Assembly (NCBI GenBank): GCA_964035545.1
Contig: OZ037769.1
Span: 9,764,633 to 9,828,632, forward strand
Length of the DNA: 64,000 nt
DNA from: Bugula neritina
Taxonomy: Eukaryota; Animalia; Bryozoa
Direction: 5' to 3'
The first letter of the stretch is position 1; each line of letters opens with the position of its first letter. Position numbers and translations under genes: made by a program. Below the pieces are notes generated by a model, which saw nothing but the letters and a program-made list of their open reading frames with translations, did no database searches and was not told where the DNA came from. Below, piece after piece: positions 61,301 to 64,000 of this stretch.

Positions 61301-64000
61301 GCAAGATACTGCAACATACTGAGATACACTGTAACATACTGAAATACACTGCAACATACTGCAAAATACTGCATCATACTGAAATACACTGTAACATACT
61401 GAAATACCTTGTAACACATTGGAATATACTGCAACATAATGAAATATATGGTAACCTGCTGAAATACGTTGCAAACTACTGAAATATACTGCAACATACT
61501 GCAATCTATTGAAATATACTGCAAGATACTGCAACATACTGAGATACACTGTAACATACTGCAAAATACTGCATCATACTGAAATACACTGTAACATATT
61601 GAAATACACTGCAACACATTGAAATATACTGCAACATACTGAAACATACGGCAACATACTGAAATATACTGCGACACAATGAATGTACTGCAACATACCG
61701 CAATATGCTGTAGCATACTGAAATACACTGCAACATGCTGACGTATACTATAATATACAGAAATGTAACGTAAAATACTGAAATATACTTCAACATACTG
61801 AAATGTACCTGAAAACATTGAAACATACTGAAATACACTGTAACATACTGAATTACTTTGCAACACATTGGAATATACTGCAACATGATGAAATATGTTG
61901 CAAACAACTGAAATATACTGCAACATGCCGCAACATGTTGAAATATACTGCAAGATACTGCAACATACTGAGATACACTGTAACATACTGAAATACACTG
62001 CAACATACTGCAAAATACTGCATCATACTGAAATACACTGTAACATACTGAAATACCTTGCAACACATTGGAATATACTGCAACATAATGAAATATATGG
62101 TAACCTGCTGAAATACGTTGCAAACTACTGAAATATACTGCAACATACTGCAATCTATTGAAATATACTGCAAGATACTGCAACATACTGAGATACACTG
62201 TAACATACTGAAATACACTGCAAATTACTGAAATATACTGCAACATACCGAAACATACTGCACAATACTGCAACATATGGAAGTACACTGTAACATACTG
62301 AAATACACTGCAACATACTGCAAAATACTGCATCATACTGAAATACACTGTAACATATTGAAATACACTGCAACACATTGAAATATACTGCAACATACTG
62401 AAACATACGGCAACATACTGAAATATACTGCGACACAATGAATGTACTGCAACATACCGAAATATGCTGTAGCATACTGAATTACACTGCAACACACTGA
62501 AGTATACTGTAATCTACAGAAATGTACTGTAACATACTGAAACATACGTCAACATACTGAAATGTACCTGAAAACATTGAAACGTACTGAAATACACTGT
62601 AACATACTGAAATACTTTGCAACATATTGGAATATACTGCAACATGATGAAATATGTTGCAAAGTACTGAAATATACTGCAACATGCCGCAACATGTTGA
62701 AATATACTGCAAGATACTGCAACATACTGAAATACACTGTAACATACTGAAATACACTGAAAATTACTGAAATATACTGCAACATACTGAAATATACTGC
62801 AAGATACTGCAACATACTGAAATACACTGTAACATACTGAAATACAGTGCAACATCATGAAATATACTGCAAGATACTGAAATATACTGCACGATACTGC
62901 AACATATGGAAGTACACTGTAACATACTGAAATACACTGCAACATACTGCAAAATACTGCATCATACTGAAATACACTGTAACATACTGAAATACTTTGC
63001 AGCACATTGGAATATACTGAGACGTACCGAAATATATGGTAAACTACTGAAATATGTTACAAACTACTGAATTATACTGCAACATACTGCAACATAATGA
63101 AATATACTGCAAGATACTGCAACATACTGAGATACACTGTAACATACTGATATACGCTGCAAATTACTGAAACATACTGCAACATACTGAAATATACTGC
63201 AAGATACTGCAACATACTGAAACATACTGCAACAACTTAAAATTTACTGCAAAAAACTGCAACATAATGAAGTACACTGTAACATATTGAAATACACTGC
63301 AACACATTGAAAAATACTGCAACATACTGAAATATGCTGTTGAATACTGAAATACAGTGCAACACACTGACGTATACTATAATATACAGAAATGTACTGT
63401 AAAATACTGAAATATGCATCAACATACTGAAATATACTGCAAGATACTGCAACATACTGAATTACACTGTAACATACTGAAATACTTTGCAACACATTTG
63501 AATATACTGCAACATAATGAAATATATGGTAACCTACTGAAATATGTTGCAAACTACTGAAATATACTGCAACATACTGCAACCTATTGAAATTTACGAA
63601 AGATACTGCAACATACTGAAATACACTGTAACATACTGATATACACTGCAAATTACTGATATATACTGCAACATACTGAAATATACTGCAAGATACTGCA
63701 ACATCCTGAAATACAATGTAAAATACTGAAATACACTGCAACACAGTTGAATATACTGAGACGTACCGAAATATATGGTAAACTACTGAAATATGTTAAA
63801 AACTACTGAATTATACTGCAACATACTGCAACATAATGAAATATACTGCAAGATACTGCAACATACTGAGATACACTGTAACATACTGATATACACTGCA
63901 AATTACTGAAACATACTGCAACATACTGCAATATACTGCAAGATACTGCAACATACTGAAACATACTGCAACAACTTAAAATTTACTGCAAAATACTGCA

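Larger units (their letters stand above)
10960..64000. repeat. Satellite B: 10-bp tandem array, monomers ACTGCAACAT / ACTGAAATAT / ACTGAAATAC / ACTGTAACAT / ACTGCAAGAT with higher-order modules; open at the right window edge
   Basis: Columns of the 10-base-blocked listing stay aligned for hundreds to thousands of bases. Near-invariant CTG-n-AA core, single orientation, no interrupting unique sequence seen. Confidence 0.98.

Noticed and set aside
23619-62750. Short plus-strand ORFs (MPQHVEIYCKILQH..., MYLKTLKHTEIH...)
   Set aside because: Chance 62-78 aa stop-free runs in the satellite. They recur only because the underlying blocks are duplicated.
10947-63744. Hundreds of minus-strand ORFs (e.g. 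471 aa at 17329-18744, 430 aa at 29701-30993) as Cys-rich or membrane proteins
   Set aside because: They overlap in all three frames with the same repeating peptide, start and stop at satellite variants, and show no recognisable domain. They are a direct consequence of a stop-free 10-bp repeat.
10960-64000. CRISPR-like or other repeat-spacer array
   Set aside because: There are no unique spacers. The variable parts are point variants of the same 10-mer, and no cas-like ORFs are present.
10960-64000. Promoter-like TATA motifs and short palindromes (TATA, TGCA, GTAC, AGTATACT) as regulatory sites or hairpins
   Set aside because: They are 4-8 bp words inherent to the monomer. No long inverted repeat or associated gene was seen.
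1-64000. Assignment to a named satellite family or species (e.g. the Parascaris TTGCA satellite, Drosophila Prodsat)
   Set aside because: Only short-word or period similarity exists and the monomers do not match. A database search, which I cannot run, is required.

Overview
The whole window is eukaryotic-type satellite DNA. I found no supportable gene, RNA gene, transposon or CRISPR array. Two AT-rich satellites with ~10-bp monomers abut directly at 10959/10960. Satellite A (1-10959) is built from GTGCCTAAAT / GTGCTAAAA(A), carries the telomere-like core GCCTAA/CCTAAA, and mixes 9- and 10-bp monomers. Satellite B (10960-64000, running off the window) is built from ACTGCAACAT / ACTGAAATAT / ACTGAAATAC / ACTGTAACAT / ACTGCAAGAT in an almost unbroken 10-bp register. 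Both arrays show nested higher-order structure: tandem duplications of 30 bp to 3.3 kb, plus near-identical 3.5-5.3 kb blocks copied 7.5-26 kb away. All ORFs in the track are by-products of satellite B, whose minus-strand consensus has no stop triplet in any frame. The most notable observations are four: the strict 10-bp phase of B, broken only at three recurring indel landmarks plus one private insertion; in-register mosaic copying of multi-kb blocks; the telomere-like core and orientation of A; and the spacer-free junction. I see no evidence of a novel protein-coding system. Breakpoints were read by eye and are approximate (about +/-20 bp).
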